Below, one piece after another: positions 38,810 through 48,431 of a DNA stretch of 64,000 nucleotides. A program made the position numbers and the translations under genes. The notes under the pieces were generated by a model. It made no database searches. It saw only the letters and a program-made list of their open reading frames with translations, and had not been told where the DNA came from. The first letter of the stretch is position 1, and every line of letters starts with the position of its first letter. The stretch comes from Fibrobacteria bacterium (GTDB lineage Bacteria; Fibrobacterota; Fibrobacteria; UBA11236), in the NCBI GenBank assembly GCA_043745805.1, contig JAYTSD010000028.1, forward strand, positions 1 to 64,000, written 5' to 3'.

Positions 38810-39822
38810 TGGCTGCATTACAAGACGCATTTCAAGAATCTGTTTCCGAACTTGGCAAAATGTCCAGTCTATGGAATCCCTTTGCTGTAATTGATCTTAA
38901 GGGTATTGAGGGGCATACTGTATTTTCTGCAATACTACCTCGCATCATAGTCATAGGCATGGGGATAATGCTTCTCATGGTTTTATTACGCATTCTTTTG
39001 TTTTTAACGAGAACCATTTCCGGTCAAGATAGTGGACAAAGTGTTTTAGGAACGGCTACGGAAATATCCATAATCGCAGCATTACTTGTGAGTTACCCCG
39101 ATTGGATAAGGTTAATTCCACAAATATTTACTTCCATTGGTAAAGGGATTTTAGAATCATCAGTATCGGATCTCACAGCTCAAATATCCGGGGCCTTGGT
39201 GCAGATGGGGAATGAATCGGCATCCGATTTTCCATTCTGGTCAGCAGAGGCTATTTCTATAACGGTTATCAGTCTCTTGGCTTCACTATTGTCGACGATA
39301 GCATTGGTACTCATTTGGGTTATAGCCAAGCTACAAGCTTATCTATTCACTTTCTGGTATCTCTTAGGACCTATTGCACTTCCGACTTTGATTTTTCCTC
39401 CACTTAGCCATATATGCCGTATTTGGTTTTCCACTTTACTGGGTGTGTCTTTTATGAGCGTAACCGGACCGCTACTCTATGTCATTTTGCTTCGCACGCA
39501 TTGGATGGTCAATGCCTTTGCCGCAGGAGGGGAGATGGATGCAATAACCTGCTTAGTTTTTGCATTGCTTTGTCTTTTGACTTTGGTCTCAGTACCAGTT
39601 TTATCCATGAAGATATGGAACGGCATTGAAAGCCGTGTCTTTGCCGGAGGAGCAGGTGCAAGCGATGGTATAGGTAAAACTGTTTCAATATTGCAATCAG
39701 TCGCTACGACAGCCAAATCCACTTATCAAAATTTGAGGGGTGGAAATAAAGACGTTTCGATCCCTAGCACAGAAAAATCAAGTGAACGAAGTATTAGCTC
39801 TGATTTAAGAGGAAGGGGTTGA
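38809..39822 (+). CDS. VirB6/TrbL-like polytopic membrane protein, copy 2
   Basis: 'LLGPIALPTLIFPPLSHICRIWF'; N-terminal 'WNPF'. Confidence 0.75.
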   Translation: MAALQDAFQESVSELGKMSSLWNPFAVIDLKGIEGHTVFSAILPRIIVIGMGIMLLMVLLRILLFLTRTISGQDSGQSVLGTATEISIIAALLVSYPDWIRLIPQIFTSIGKGILESSVSDLTAQISGALVQMGNESASDFPFWSAEAISITVISLLASLLSTIALVLIWVIAKLQAYLFTFWYLLGPIALPTLIFPPLSHICRIWFSTLLGVSFMSVTGPLLYVILLRTHWMVNAFAAGGEMDAITCLVFALLCLLTLVSVPVLSMKIWNGIESRVFAGGAGASDGIGKTVSILQSVATTAKSTYQNLRGGNKDVSIPSTEKSSERSISSDLRGRG

Positions 39823-39824
39823 TT

Positions 39825-41783
39825 ATGGCTTACACACCTATGAATGCCTACACAGATGCAGTAGCAGAACTCTCTTCAGTGCAAGCGATTTGGAATCCAT
39901 TTCAACTGATTTATATACCCTCCGAAGGAGGTGATATCAACCAATGGGAAATATTGCTTCATTCTATGCAGTCGATAGGTATAGCCCTTCTTGTCCTTAT
40001 GGCGGCTCTTAAATTCGTAAAAGTCTATCTCGATGAATTAAATCATATTCCCGCGATTACCACGATATTTGGAATAACTGTGGAAATGATTTTGGTAACG
40101 GTTTTTCTCCTTAATTATACCTGGTTTGCAGAAATATTCCCGATGCTCTTTCATCGCATAACTACGCAAATTCTAAATGCTTATGACGCGAGCTTAATGG
40201 ATCAAGTGATAGCGTCTTTACAATCGGTGGGAGCTGAGAAATCGCAGGAAACCAAATGGTTTTCCCTCAATGCACTCGCAGCTTCCATCCCCAATATTTT
40301 ATCTACTGCCGCCGCAGGATTAGCCCTTGCATTGTATTGGGTGATGTCCAAGTATCAAGCCCTCTTATACACATTCTGGTATCTCATCGGTCCGATATTA
40401 TTGCCCTTTTATCTCTTTCCACCCTTTCGCGGTGTAGCTGAAAGATGGTTTTCTTCATTGCTCGGTGCTTCTTTCATGGGTGTTGTGGGCAGTCTCATGT
40501 TTGTCTTAATGGCTAAAGCGCAATGGCTAACCAAAGCTTTTAGTGCAGGAGCCAATACCAGTTATATCACCGCATTAGTTTTTTCGCTTCTCACCTTATT
40601 ACTTATGGTCAGCATACCCAGATTATCCAATTCCATTTGGGATGGCATATCTTCATCGCTTACACAAGCTATGGCAACAGGTAGCATGTTGGGCGGTGCT
40701 GCAACGGCAGTCACGTTGGGTGTGGCTGGTGGCGCTACTCAAGCTGCGGGTTCAACTATTCGCGGAGGTACTGGCATGGCGGGAATTATTCACCGCTATG
40801 GCAATACCCAAAACTCCGGCCTATCCCAAGGAAAACGAGTGCTTGATGCAATCCGTAACCGTAATAGTTTTGCGCAGGAAGGAAAAGAAAAAACACGCGG
40901 AGAAAAAATGTTATCAGGACTTTATGAAGCTGGGTCAGGGCTTAAGGAAATGGGACATGGCGTGCTTATGTCACAAATGCCTTCTTCAATTCAAAGGGCT
41001 GAAAGAGCCGTGAATCAAGCTTTAAAAGCGAAAGAACCTTTAAAGCAAAGACGTAAAGAAGAAGAGGCGGTCAGAACTCATGTTGAGAACGCTTTAGGAA
41101 AAGACATAGCCAAGAGCATGCTCTTTCCTGAAAAATGGAGACTCTCACAAAGAGTAGGACAAAGTTTTGAAGAGTCCGTTGCAAAGACAGCCGAGGGCTT
41201 TATTCGCACTCGAAAAATTCAGGACATGGATAAAAATCTTAGGCAAGCAGCTACAAATTTAGCAGGCCCCGAAAAAGCCGCAGCACTTGATATTCCAAAA
41301 AACTTTCGCTTAAAACCAAAACGTGGGCAAAGCGAAGAAGAAGCATTAAAGTCGGCAGCCCTTGGTCTATTGCGTAAACAAGGTGGCATTGATACTGGAC
41401 TAAAAAAGAAATTGGATCGTGAAGCCATTGGCAAAGAAGCGATTCGAATATTAGGTGCACAAAGAGCCAAACAAGTTCAAATACCATCGGACTGGGGAAT
41501 TGTCGCTCGTAAAGGACAAACAGCACAGCAAGCTCTAGAAGGCTCTACTCGTGCTTTATTGCAAAAGCAAGGACTCATCGATAAAAAAGAAGAGAATACC
41601 ATTGCGCTTAAGTATCGCTATGCATTGGCTAGAAAACGTGTCGCAATTGGATCTAAAGGCTCTGCTAGCTCTAACACGGCTACGGGTGCCAATGGTGTGA
41701 AAAATCCCAGCACTTTAAACAATTCAAAAAGTAAACGTAACTCACAAAGTAAATCCAAAAATCATGGAGGAAAAAAATTATGA
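39825..41783 (+). CDS. VirB6/TrbL-like protein, copy 3, with long basic C-terminal extension
   Basis: 'LIGPILLPFYLFPPFRGVAERWF'; Gly/Ala-rich linker; three ~55-aa repeats in the tail. Confidence 0.78.
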   Translation: MAYTPMNAYTDAVAELSSVQAIWNPFQLIYIPSEGGDINQWEILLHSMQSIGIALLVLMAALKFVKVYLDELNHIPAITTIFGITVEMILVTVFLLNYTWFAEIFPMLFHRITTQILNAYDASLMDQVIASLQSVGAEKSQETKWFSLNALAASIPNILSTAAAGLALALYWVMSKYQALLYTFWYLIGPILLPFYLFPPFRGVAERWFSSLLGASFMGVVGSLMFVLMAKAQWLTKAFSAGANTSYITALVFSLLTLLLMVSIPRLSNSIWDGISSSLTQAMATGSMLGGAATAVTLGVAGGATQAAGSTIRGGTGMAGIIHRYGNTQNSGLSQGKRVLDAIRNRNSFAQEGKEKTRGEKMLSGLYEAGSGLKEMGHGVLMSQMPSSIQRAERAVNQALKAKEPLKQRRKEEEAVRTHVENALGKDIAKSMLFPEKWRLSQRVGQSFEESVAKTAEGFIRTRKIQDMDKNLRQAATNLAGPEKAAALDIPKNFRLKPKRGQSEEEALKSAALGLLRKQGGIDTGLKKKLDREAIGKEAIRILGAQRAKQVQIPSDWGIVARKGQTAQQALEGSTRALLQKQGLIDKKEENTIALKYRYALARKRVAIGSKGSASSNTATGANGVKNPSTLNNSKSKRNSQSKSKNHGGKKL

Positions 41784-42436
41784 TAAGCAAAGAGCGTTAT
41801 CGCACCGACCTGCCTTGGTTTGCAGGACTTTTAAAAGAAAATCAAGCTTATAAACTAGCTTTAGCCGTATTTCTGATTTCCAATCTTTGTTTGGTTGGTA
41901 TGCTCTTTTGGGAAATAAAAAAGGGCAAAGAAGTATATGCTTTTGATTCAAGTTCCGGTCGCACTTATGTTACGGGGCGCATTACTCCAAAACACTTTGA
42001 AAATATGGTGCTATATGCTACAAAGACTTTTACAACTGATTTCTTGAACTATGACTATCTCTATTTAGAACAAGCGAGACTTTCAGCCTTTAGACGTTTA
42101 TCCCCTGCGCTTCGTCAAAAATTTAAAGAACAATTAAGTGCGGAAGATCCTATTAAAGAAGCCATATCCGGTAAGACAAAATATGAATTGTCTTTTTTAA
42201 CGGAGCCAGCTCTCATTGCAAGAGCGCATCCCAATTATCGAACATTCTGCAAAGTCAAAAGAACCATTCATTTTGCAGATGGCAAAAACTCGGAGTCGGA
42301 GCATAACCTAAGGATTACCTGGAAAATGTTGGAGTCAACACCAGATAGACCAGACGGGCTTTATGTAACGGATATCGAGCGTATTAGTCCGAATGATAAA
42401 GAAACATTAAATGCCATTTTAAACCAAATACAATGA
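41780..42436 (+). CDS. VirB8/TraE-like bitopic protein
   Basis: Single N-terminal TM, NTF2-like pattern, C-terminal 'PDRPDGLYVTDI' typical of VirB8-like ends. Confidence 0.7.
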   Translation: MISKERYRTDLPWFAGLLKENQAYKLALAVFLISNLCLVGMLFWEIKKGKEVYAFDSSSGRTYVTGRITPKHFENMVLYATKTFTTDFLNYDYLYLEQARLSAFRRLSPALRQKFKEQLSAEDPIKEAISGKTKYELSFLTEPALIARAHPNYRTFCKVKRTIHFADGKNSESEHNLRITWKMLESTPDRPDGLYVTDIERISPNDKETLNAILNQIQ

Positions 42437-43281
42437 GGTGTATCATGAACTTATTTTTTTTCTTCTCTGTAATTTTATTCAATACTCTTTGGGCCGAAAA
42501 AGTCTTTACCATCAAAGCGGCCAAGGACGAATACCCGCTTAATTGGGAAACCATATACAAAGTCAATATTTGCAATGCGTATAGCACTGTCATAGAACCT
42601 CCACAAGGATATGTTCTTTCAGATATGATACTTGGCGACTCCAAACTATTTAAAGCAGAGCGCAGCGAGAATCGCGGAATTATTAAAAGGCTTGCGCCAG
42701 ATAATGCGAGAACTAATCTCGTGATGATACTCGAAGGGCCTGATAAGGTAAGTCATAGCTTAACCTTTGAATTAACAGGTGAAGAAAATCCCAAGATTGC
42801 GAATGTGCAATTTGTAATCGCGCAAGATAAAGGGAAGGATAAAGCTTTAGAAGCCGCAAGAACCCTTTATGAAAATCAATTGCAAATGACTTTAATAGCA
42901 CAGGAGAAAAGACTGGGAAATCTCATTCGCGATAAAACTCTAGAAAACATGGAGCCTTTTCACCTTATCACTTCCGAGTTTACTATGGAAAAACTTGGAG
43001 CCAAGTTTACTTTGGAAACGGTGACCAATAGCGGAGGCTTTGGATATGTCTATGTCTTCACAACAGCTGTAGAGCCTGATTTTCAAGTGGTGCATTTAAC
43101 CGGCATTCAAGGAAAAGATATAGCAAAGACTGTAAGGCTATTCAGAGCTATGCCAAGGCGCGACGGAATGCTTTATATCTATGAAACCACACCCTTTATT
43201 AAAAGTCCCGAAGGACATAAATACACCTTTAATTTTCGTGTGTATAAAGAAACCACATCCATCAAAGCCACCGTTGAATAA
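42433..43281 (+). CDS. VirB9/TrbG/TraK-like outer-membrane core protein
   Basis: Signal peptide; 'YSTVIEPP...MILGDS...TNLVM' VirB9 N-domain pattern; lies between the VirB8-like and VirB10-like genes. Confidence 0.6.
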   Translation: MRCIMNLFFFFSVILFNTLWAEKVFTIKAAKDEYPLNWETIYKVNICNAYSTVIEPPQGYVLSDMILGDSKLFKAERSENRGIIKRLAPDNARTNLVMILEGPDKVSHSLTFELTGEENPKIANVQFVIAQDKGKDKALEAARTLYENQLQMTLIAQEKRLGNLIRDKTLENMEPFHLITSEFTMEKLGAKFTLETVTNSGGFGYVYVFTTAVEPDFQVVHLTGIQGKDIAKTVRLFRAMPRRDGMLYIYETTPFIKSPEGHKYTFNFRVYKETTSIKATVE

Positions 43282-43295
43282 AGAAGGAGAATATC

Positions 43296-44573
43296 ATGGA
43301 ACCGTTATTGCCAAATCAAGAACCTAATCAAGAATATGAAAATGAAATGGAACGCAAAATGCGAAGTATGGAAGGCTTGCCACCAGAAGAAAATGGCCTT
43401 AGTAAAAAAAGAAAAATCCAAATCGTAATAGTCGCCATTGTGCTAATGCTGATAATGGCTATAGTTCTTTTTTTGATGGGAAGTAAAAATTCACAAAAGC
43501 CGGATGAAAAAGTCTCAGCCGCCAATCGTGGTCTAATGCAAGCGGAGTCCATTCGTAGGCAAAAAGAATTATTCGATGAAAAGTCAAATCGTAAAAATAT
43601 GGGGGAAGAGGGCTTTACCCATAAACTGCCCATGAATAATGAAAACTTAAATCCTATGGATTCATCGGGAGTCGTTCTCGATGCAATAGAGCCTGTTTTG
43701 GAGAATAATAAATTTTCTGAAAATCTTGAAACTATTAAACCTTCGCCAACGCATAGCAATGGTTTAATCAGCAAATTAAATCATGTGAAGAGCAATAAGA
43801 AATCTTCATCATTGATTTCAAGTAATGCGGATCCAAGTTTCGAAAACAATAATGAATTACTCCCTATAGAAAAACCAAAGGAGTATAAAAACAAACCCGA
43901 ATTAGCATCGAGATTATCCGAAGAATATCAAAAGGCCGTAGCCTATAATGCTTCCGAACAATTGGTATTTACAAAGGATAGAGGAAGCGATGGACAAAAA
44001 GATAAAGTGACTATGGTAAACGCTACAGCAAAAATGGGTTCAAGCAATAAGGTTATTGTATCCGCGGGTCAAGAGATGACCGCAGTTTTAAATGAATCTT
44101 TAGATTCGGATTATCCTTCCGTAGCCAAAGCCACTTTAACTTCACCTTCTGAGCTTGTGGGTACTACCGTACTTTTATCCTATAGCTTAGGTAATGAGCG
44201 GGTTACTGCACAAATCATGAAAATGGTATTGCCTCCTAAGGATGGAGAGAAAGCAAAAGAAATAACTTTATCTGCCGTGGTGAAAAGTGGTTTGCCTGGT
44301 TTATCGGGAGATGTCAGTCATCATTGGACTTCCCAAATTGCTGCGGGTGTAGCTAGTGCAGGACTTACGGCTGGTGCTTTAGCTTATGCTGCACAGAACG
44401 GTAGTAAAGACTTAGGTACGGCAGTATTAGTTGCTCCCATGGTAGAACAAAGCGTACAAGGTGTATTAAAGCCTATTAATTATTTAGGACGAGATAGACC
44501 TGTAACGGTAACCGTACCTGCAGGAACGGAGTTCACGATTTTAGTCACCGAAGGTTTTGAGGTAAACCTATGA
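43296..44573 (+). CDS. virB10: VirB10/TrbI-like core complex protein
   Basis: N-terminal TM, low-complexity linker, 'AGQEMTAVLNESLDSDYPS', 'GLPGLSGDVSHH', 'PVTVTVPAGTEFTI'. Confidence 0.85.
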   Translation: MEPLLPNQEPNQEYENEMERKMRSMEGLPPEENGLSKKRKIQIVIVAIVLMLIMAIVLFLMGSKNSQKPDEKVSAANRGLMQAESIRRQKELFDEKSNRKNMGEEGFTHKLPMNNENLNPMDSSGVVLDAIEPVLENNKFSENLETIKPSPTHSNGLISKLNHVKSNKKSSSLISSNADPSFENNNELLPIEKPKEYKNKPELASRLSEEYQKAVAYNASEQLVFTKDRGSDGQKDKVTMVNATAKMGSSNKVIVSAGQEMTAVLNESLDSDYPSVAKATLTSPSELVGTTVLLSYSLGNERVTAQIMKMVLPPKDGEKAKEITLSAVVKSGLPGLSGDVSHHWTSQIAAGVASAGLTAGALAYAAQNGSKDLGTAVLVAPMVEQSVQGVLKPINYLGRDRPVTVTVPAGTEFTILVTEGFEVNL

Positions 44574-45019
44574 AAACTTTATCCCTATTAGTTTTGCTTT
44601 TGGTTTTAACTCTTCACGCGAATCCTGCTCCCATGCAATGCGAAGAGTTGGCTAAAAGAACCGATGAAACATTTAAAAAAATGGATAATGCCTTAAAGCT
44701 TAAAGCAGGATTGCTACTAGGTGAAATGGAAATGGCTAAAGGGGCTTTGGAAGGATGTATTGGGCAGAACAAACAGGTGAGTATTCATTTAGCTTTGATG
44801 TGGTTCTTAACTGACTTGGGTTTACTGGCAACAAGCATTTTAATCTTATTGCATCAAAAGCGTATGAAACGAGCTATCAGGGTATTATCAGAAATCCTGT
44901 ATTCAAAAGATCCAGCACATTCCTATAAATATGTCCCTTCTCAAACTTTATATCGATTTGCATGGGGATTATTAGGGTTAACCTTTCTCATAGTAAATGG
45001 GATAGCGCTTTTATTATGA
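44570..45019 (+). CDS. Hypothetical membrane protein
   Basis: Signal peptide plus two TM helices; coupled to virB10. Confidence 0.65.
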   Translation: MKTLSLLVLLLVLTLHANPAPMQCEELAKRTDETFKKMDNALKLKAGLLLGEMEMAKGALEGCIGQNKQVSIHLALMWFLTDLGLLATSILILLHQKRMKRAIRVLSEILYSKDPAHSYKYVPSQTLYRFAWGLLGLTFLIVNGIALLL

Positions 45020-45498
45020 AAACTCTTGGCATAACAATATTGCTTATGATAAGTTTGCTCCTTCATTCAAGCGAAGCTTTTTCTGGATTGGAATTAACCG
45101 TATCAAAACCTTATCCTGGCACAGCACTAGATAATAAAGGGATATACTCCTTATCCTATTTTACCACAGGCTTTTCATTTTGGCCGGGTTTTTCGGAATG
45201 GGGAATAACGGGTATGCCTTCCTGGGGCGGCATTGCCTCTTCTAATGATAAGTCTCAAACCAAAAGTTTTGTTGGGTTATATGGGGGCCATTTATTTCTT
45301 TTGCGAGGTGGCTTTATTCGCCCTGGATTTGAATTGGGTTCGGTGTGGGAAGAAACACAGATGTTACAGGGTCATTCAAACTCAATTGTGAATCAATCCC
45401 AACTTGCGCTCTATTATGCTTTTAAAGTTCAAGTGCTTTGTTTGAGTTTTCTTGTTTCCAATATGGGTTATGGAATAGGTCTTAATTTCAGTCTATAG
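45016..45498 (+). CDS. Small outer-membrane beta-barrel-like protein
   Basis: Start reassigned to MKTLGITILL (ATGA overlap); signal peptide; alternating beta pattern ending 'GYGIGLNFSL'. Confidence 0.55.
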   Translation: MKTLGITILLMISLLLHSSEAFSGLELTVSKPYPGTALDNKGIYSLSYFTTGFSFWPGFSEWGITGMPSWGGIASSNDKSQTKSFVGLYGGHLFLLRGGFIRPGFELGSVWEETQMLQGHSNSIVNQSQLALYYAFKVQVLCLSFLVSNMGYGIGLNFSL

Positions 45499-45506
45499 GA
45501 TGAGAT

Positions 45507-47165
45507 ATGAAAAATACAGTTTCGATTTCTCGCCAATCACTTAGGTGTTACTTTAAAGTATTTCTTTTCATATTTTGGTCTTCATTTACACCCCAAATAT
45601 TTTCACAAGATTTTCCATTAAAGGGACAGACATGGGTATTTGTGAATGGACCCAATGAAGAAACCCATATTGTTAAATCAGTTTCTGACTTTGCTCCATC
45701 CTCCGTTATCGTTGCAAAGTTCAATGAAGATGCAACTGCTGATATTCATTACGCGAATTTATCTGGACGTTTTTGTCGTTCAACAGCGGAAGCTATTGAT
45801 ACCATAATCTCTGAGCTAAGAAAAAATGTTCTTCTTCATTCAAAATTGTTTCAAGCCAGTAAACGAAATTTTCCTGACACGGCTTATAGCTGTGATGCGG
45901 AATTGGTTCGCTTAGCAGGAATGCTTCGTTATAATCGTTATGTAGTTAATGGAAATGAAGTAAAGCCCAACTCTAACCCATCCTCATGGCAATGGCTATT
46001 TGACCCACCAGAATGCTATGCCACAAGGCCAGCTAGAGAGCAAGATAAACAAGAAAAAGATTTATGCGAAAATCATTGGTGTGTCGATCCCACGCCAGAC
46101 CCAACCATCCCTTTTCAAGAAACTTGTAATGACACCTATACTGAATGTCATCAAGTGATAGAAGAGTCAGCACTTAAAACTCGCGCTTCCATGCGTACTT
46201 TTTGGAATCTGCATCTTTTCCCCAATATCATATTACATCCCAGGCATCCAGCCACCGAACGTATCATAAAAGAAATCAGTTTGTCAGAACAAGAAGCAGA
46301 AAACTTTAGGCAACAAGCAATTGAAAATCCAAATAATCAAGATTTAAAGATTTATCTGAATCCAGTTATGGATGATTCCGCTTCGGTGTATTTCTCAGGA
46401 CAATTTCTTACTCCCGCATTGAATCCCTATCAAATAGGGTCACTTAGTTTAGATATACAGCCTGAAGGTGAGGGGGCATCGGGATATACCCATGACCCAC
46501 CCATGGCTTTACGTATTGCTTCCGTTGATGATTGGACAGGTTTGCAAAAAGCTTTGTTATTGCCTTTTAGTCGGGATGAAAATGAAAAACAGTTTTTGGA
46601 AAATATTGATACTCGCTGCCCTGGTTGGGTAACAGCAGATAGGCTTATTGGACAAAAAGCGTTTGAAGTTAAAAGTGGCTTGGACGTTACTCTTCCAGAT
46701 GTGCTCCCTACTGAAACACAAGATCCTAGTTGGAAAAAAGTTAGGCAAGAAAGAGTTCTTGTCAATGGAGGCTTTGAAGTTAAAACCATTGTCGATGATG
46801 ATAGAATGATAACGGGGCAAATGGCTTTAGTTAAAAATCTGGATTTTCCATATGGAGACCATTTTTGGAAAGGCTGTCCTGATTTACCTGATACTTTTTT
46901 TAAACTCACTAAATCACAAGCAGCACGTTTATTAAACTTTCCAGTTCCAACCTGTAATTTATCCACCTTGAGTATTTCGGCAGATTTTCATCGCAATTTG
47001 AAAAGTCGTTTTAATAGTGTCGATGACGCAAAAGAAATAGAAATGGCTAATCAAAGAGCTTTGGAGGCAGAGTTTCAATTTGACCGAACGAAAAACAAGG
47101 AAAGACCCGCAGATATTATTTGTCCGGACACACCCTTAGACATCATTATACGCGAGATGCAATAA
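45507..47165 (+). CDS. Secreted Cys-rich hypothetical protein in the tra operon
   Basis: Signal peptide ending 'IFS'; ~10 Cys in the mature part. Confidence 0.65.
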   Translation: MKNTVSISRQSLRCYFKVFLFIFWSSFTPQIFSQDFPLKGQTWVFVNGPNEETHIVKSVSDFAPSSVIVAKFNEDATADIHYANLSGRFCRSTAEAIDTIISELRKNVLLHSKLFQASKRNFPDTAYSCDAELVRLAGMLRYNRYVVNGNEVKPNSNPSSWQWLFDPPECYATRPAREQDKQEKDLCENHWCVDPTPDPTIPFQETCNDTYTECHQVIEESALKTRASMRTFWNLHLFPNIILHPRHPATERIIKEISLSEQEAENFRQQAIENPNNQDLKIYLNPVMDDSASVYFSGQFLTPALNPYQIGSLSLDIQPEGEGASGYTHDPPMALRIASVDDWTGLQKALLLPFSRDENEKQFLENIDTRCPGWVTADRLIGQKAFEVKSGLDVTLPDVLPTETQDPSWKKVRQERVLVNGGFEVKTIVDDDRMITGQMALVKNLDFPYGDHFWKGCPDLPDTFFKLTKSQAARLLNFPVPTCNLSTLSISADFHRNLKSRFNSVDDAKEIEMANQRALEAEFQFDRTKNKERPADIICPDTPLDIIIREMQ

Positions 47166-47166
47166 C

Positions 47167-48114
47167 ATGAAACGCCTTTTAATGTTAATCATTTTTATCC
47201 TAACCTTAACAAGTGCCGATGATTTGCTGCAACCGACAACCACACAGCCAGGGAGCAAAGAAGAAAATGGCGTGGTCACAACCTTAGCTTTAACCTATGT
47301 GAAAATCAGAAACACAGTTCGAGATGCTTACATGTCCATTCAATACACAAGAGCTATGGTGCAAACATTAGATGATCAAAAAGAATGGGTGAAACGAAAT
47401 TTGAAAAGTTGGGATTTAGTGGGAAAGAGGGTTGTAAAGCTAGTCAATGAACCAGGGCGTTGGGATCAGAAGCTGCAAGATTTAGAAGGCATTTTTGATA
47501 AAACCGATTATTTGCTTTGGGAAGAAAGCAAAAACTTTGATGACTTAATGTATAGGCAAGAGCGTTATGCAGAGAAAATTGGTGGACATCTTTCACCTTA
47601 TCTTCCTTTGAATCATCCTTCCTTAACTGAGTTTTACAAATTCAATAGCAGTCTGTATAGAGCGGATCCAGCATGGGTTGCACCCATAGCAGGAGCTTCC
47701 AAAGATGAAAATACGATTCATGCCGAAAGAGAAAAATCGCGTTTACATGGAGCATATACAGCTATGCAAAATATGAGCGAAGGTAAAGTCCGTGATGCAA
47801 CGATATTAGCTGCCTCAAGAGCGCAAGCACAAATAGCTGCTATTCGAAGAATACAGAAAGAAAGAATGCAAAAGTATGGCGAAACCCTAGAGGCTTTGAA
47901 GAATGCTAAAAATGTGAATGCTCAAGAGTTAGGTAAAACCCTTTCTGATTTAAAAGGGATGGAAAATGTTTTGGATGAGCTGGCATTGAATAAGTTGGAA
48001 ATGGAAATTGTCTGGGCGCACTTAGGTACAATGATTTTTGATTTATCGAATACTAGGGCAGGGGAGTTAAGAACCTCAGCTGCCTTTGATGATTTGGCGA
48101 ATAAGTTGAAGTAA
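47167..48114 (+). CDS. Secreted helical T4SS-associated protein (paralogue of 35932-36870)
   Basis: Signal peptide; 'YVKIRN...RNLKSWDLVGKR...IFDKTDYLL'. Confidence 0.65.
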   Translation: MKRLLMLIIFILTLTSADDLLQPTTTQPGSKEENGVVTTLALTYVKIRNTVRDAYMSIQYTRAMVQTLDDQKEWVKRNLKSWDLVGKRVVKLVNEPGRWDQKLQDLEGIFDKTDYLLWEESKNFDDLMYRQERYAEKIGGHLSPYLPLNHPSLTEFYKFNSSLYRADPAWVAPIAGASKDENTIHAEREKSRLHGAYTAMQNMSEGKVRDATILAASRAQAQIAAIRRIQKERMQKYGETLEALKNAKNVNAQELGKTLSDLKGMENVLDELALNKLEMEIVWAHLGTMIFDLSNTRAGELRTSAAFDDLANKLK

Positions 48115-48154
48115 TGAGACGTAACACTTTTTTGTTTATGGAGTTGGTGGTAAA

Positions 48155-48379
48155 ATGGAATCGCTTGACCCAGAATACCTTTCCCCAAAGCAACTGGCTG
48201 ATAAACTTAATATGTCCTTAAAATGGGTTGAAAAGCATACCCAAGAACATAGAATTCCTGGCCAAGTTAAAATGGGTCGCGTCTGGCGTTACCATTGGAT
48301 TGAAATCCAGAAACACCTTATTTCAGGGCAATTGTTATTGGAAAAACTCAAATCAAAATTGCGCCAAAAATGGAAATAA
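48155..48379 (+). CDS. xis: Excisionase / HTH_17 DNA-binding protein
   Basis: 'YLSPKQLADKLNMSLKWV...IPGQVKMGRVWRY', immediately upstream of the integrase. Confidence 0.85.
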   Translation: MESLDPEYLSPKQLADKLNMSLKWVEKHTQEHRIPGQVKMGRVWRYHWIEIQKHLISGQLLLEKLKSKLRQKWK

Positions 48380-48431
48380 ATAAATTACTTTTAGACTTCC
48401 TGCTTAGAGCGCCCATCACCTGAAAGGTATT

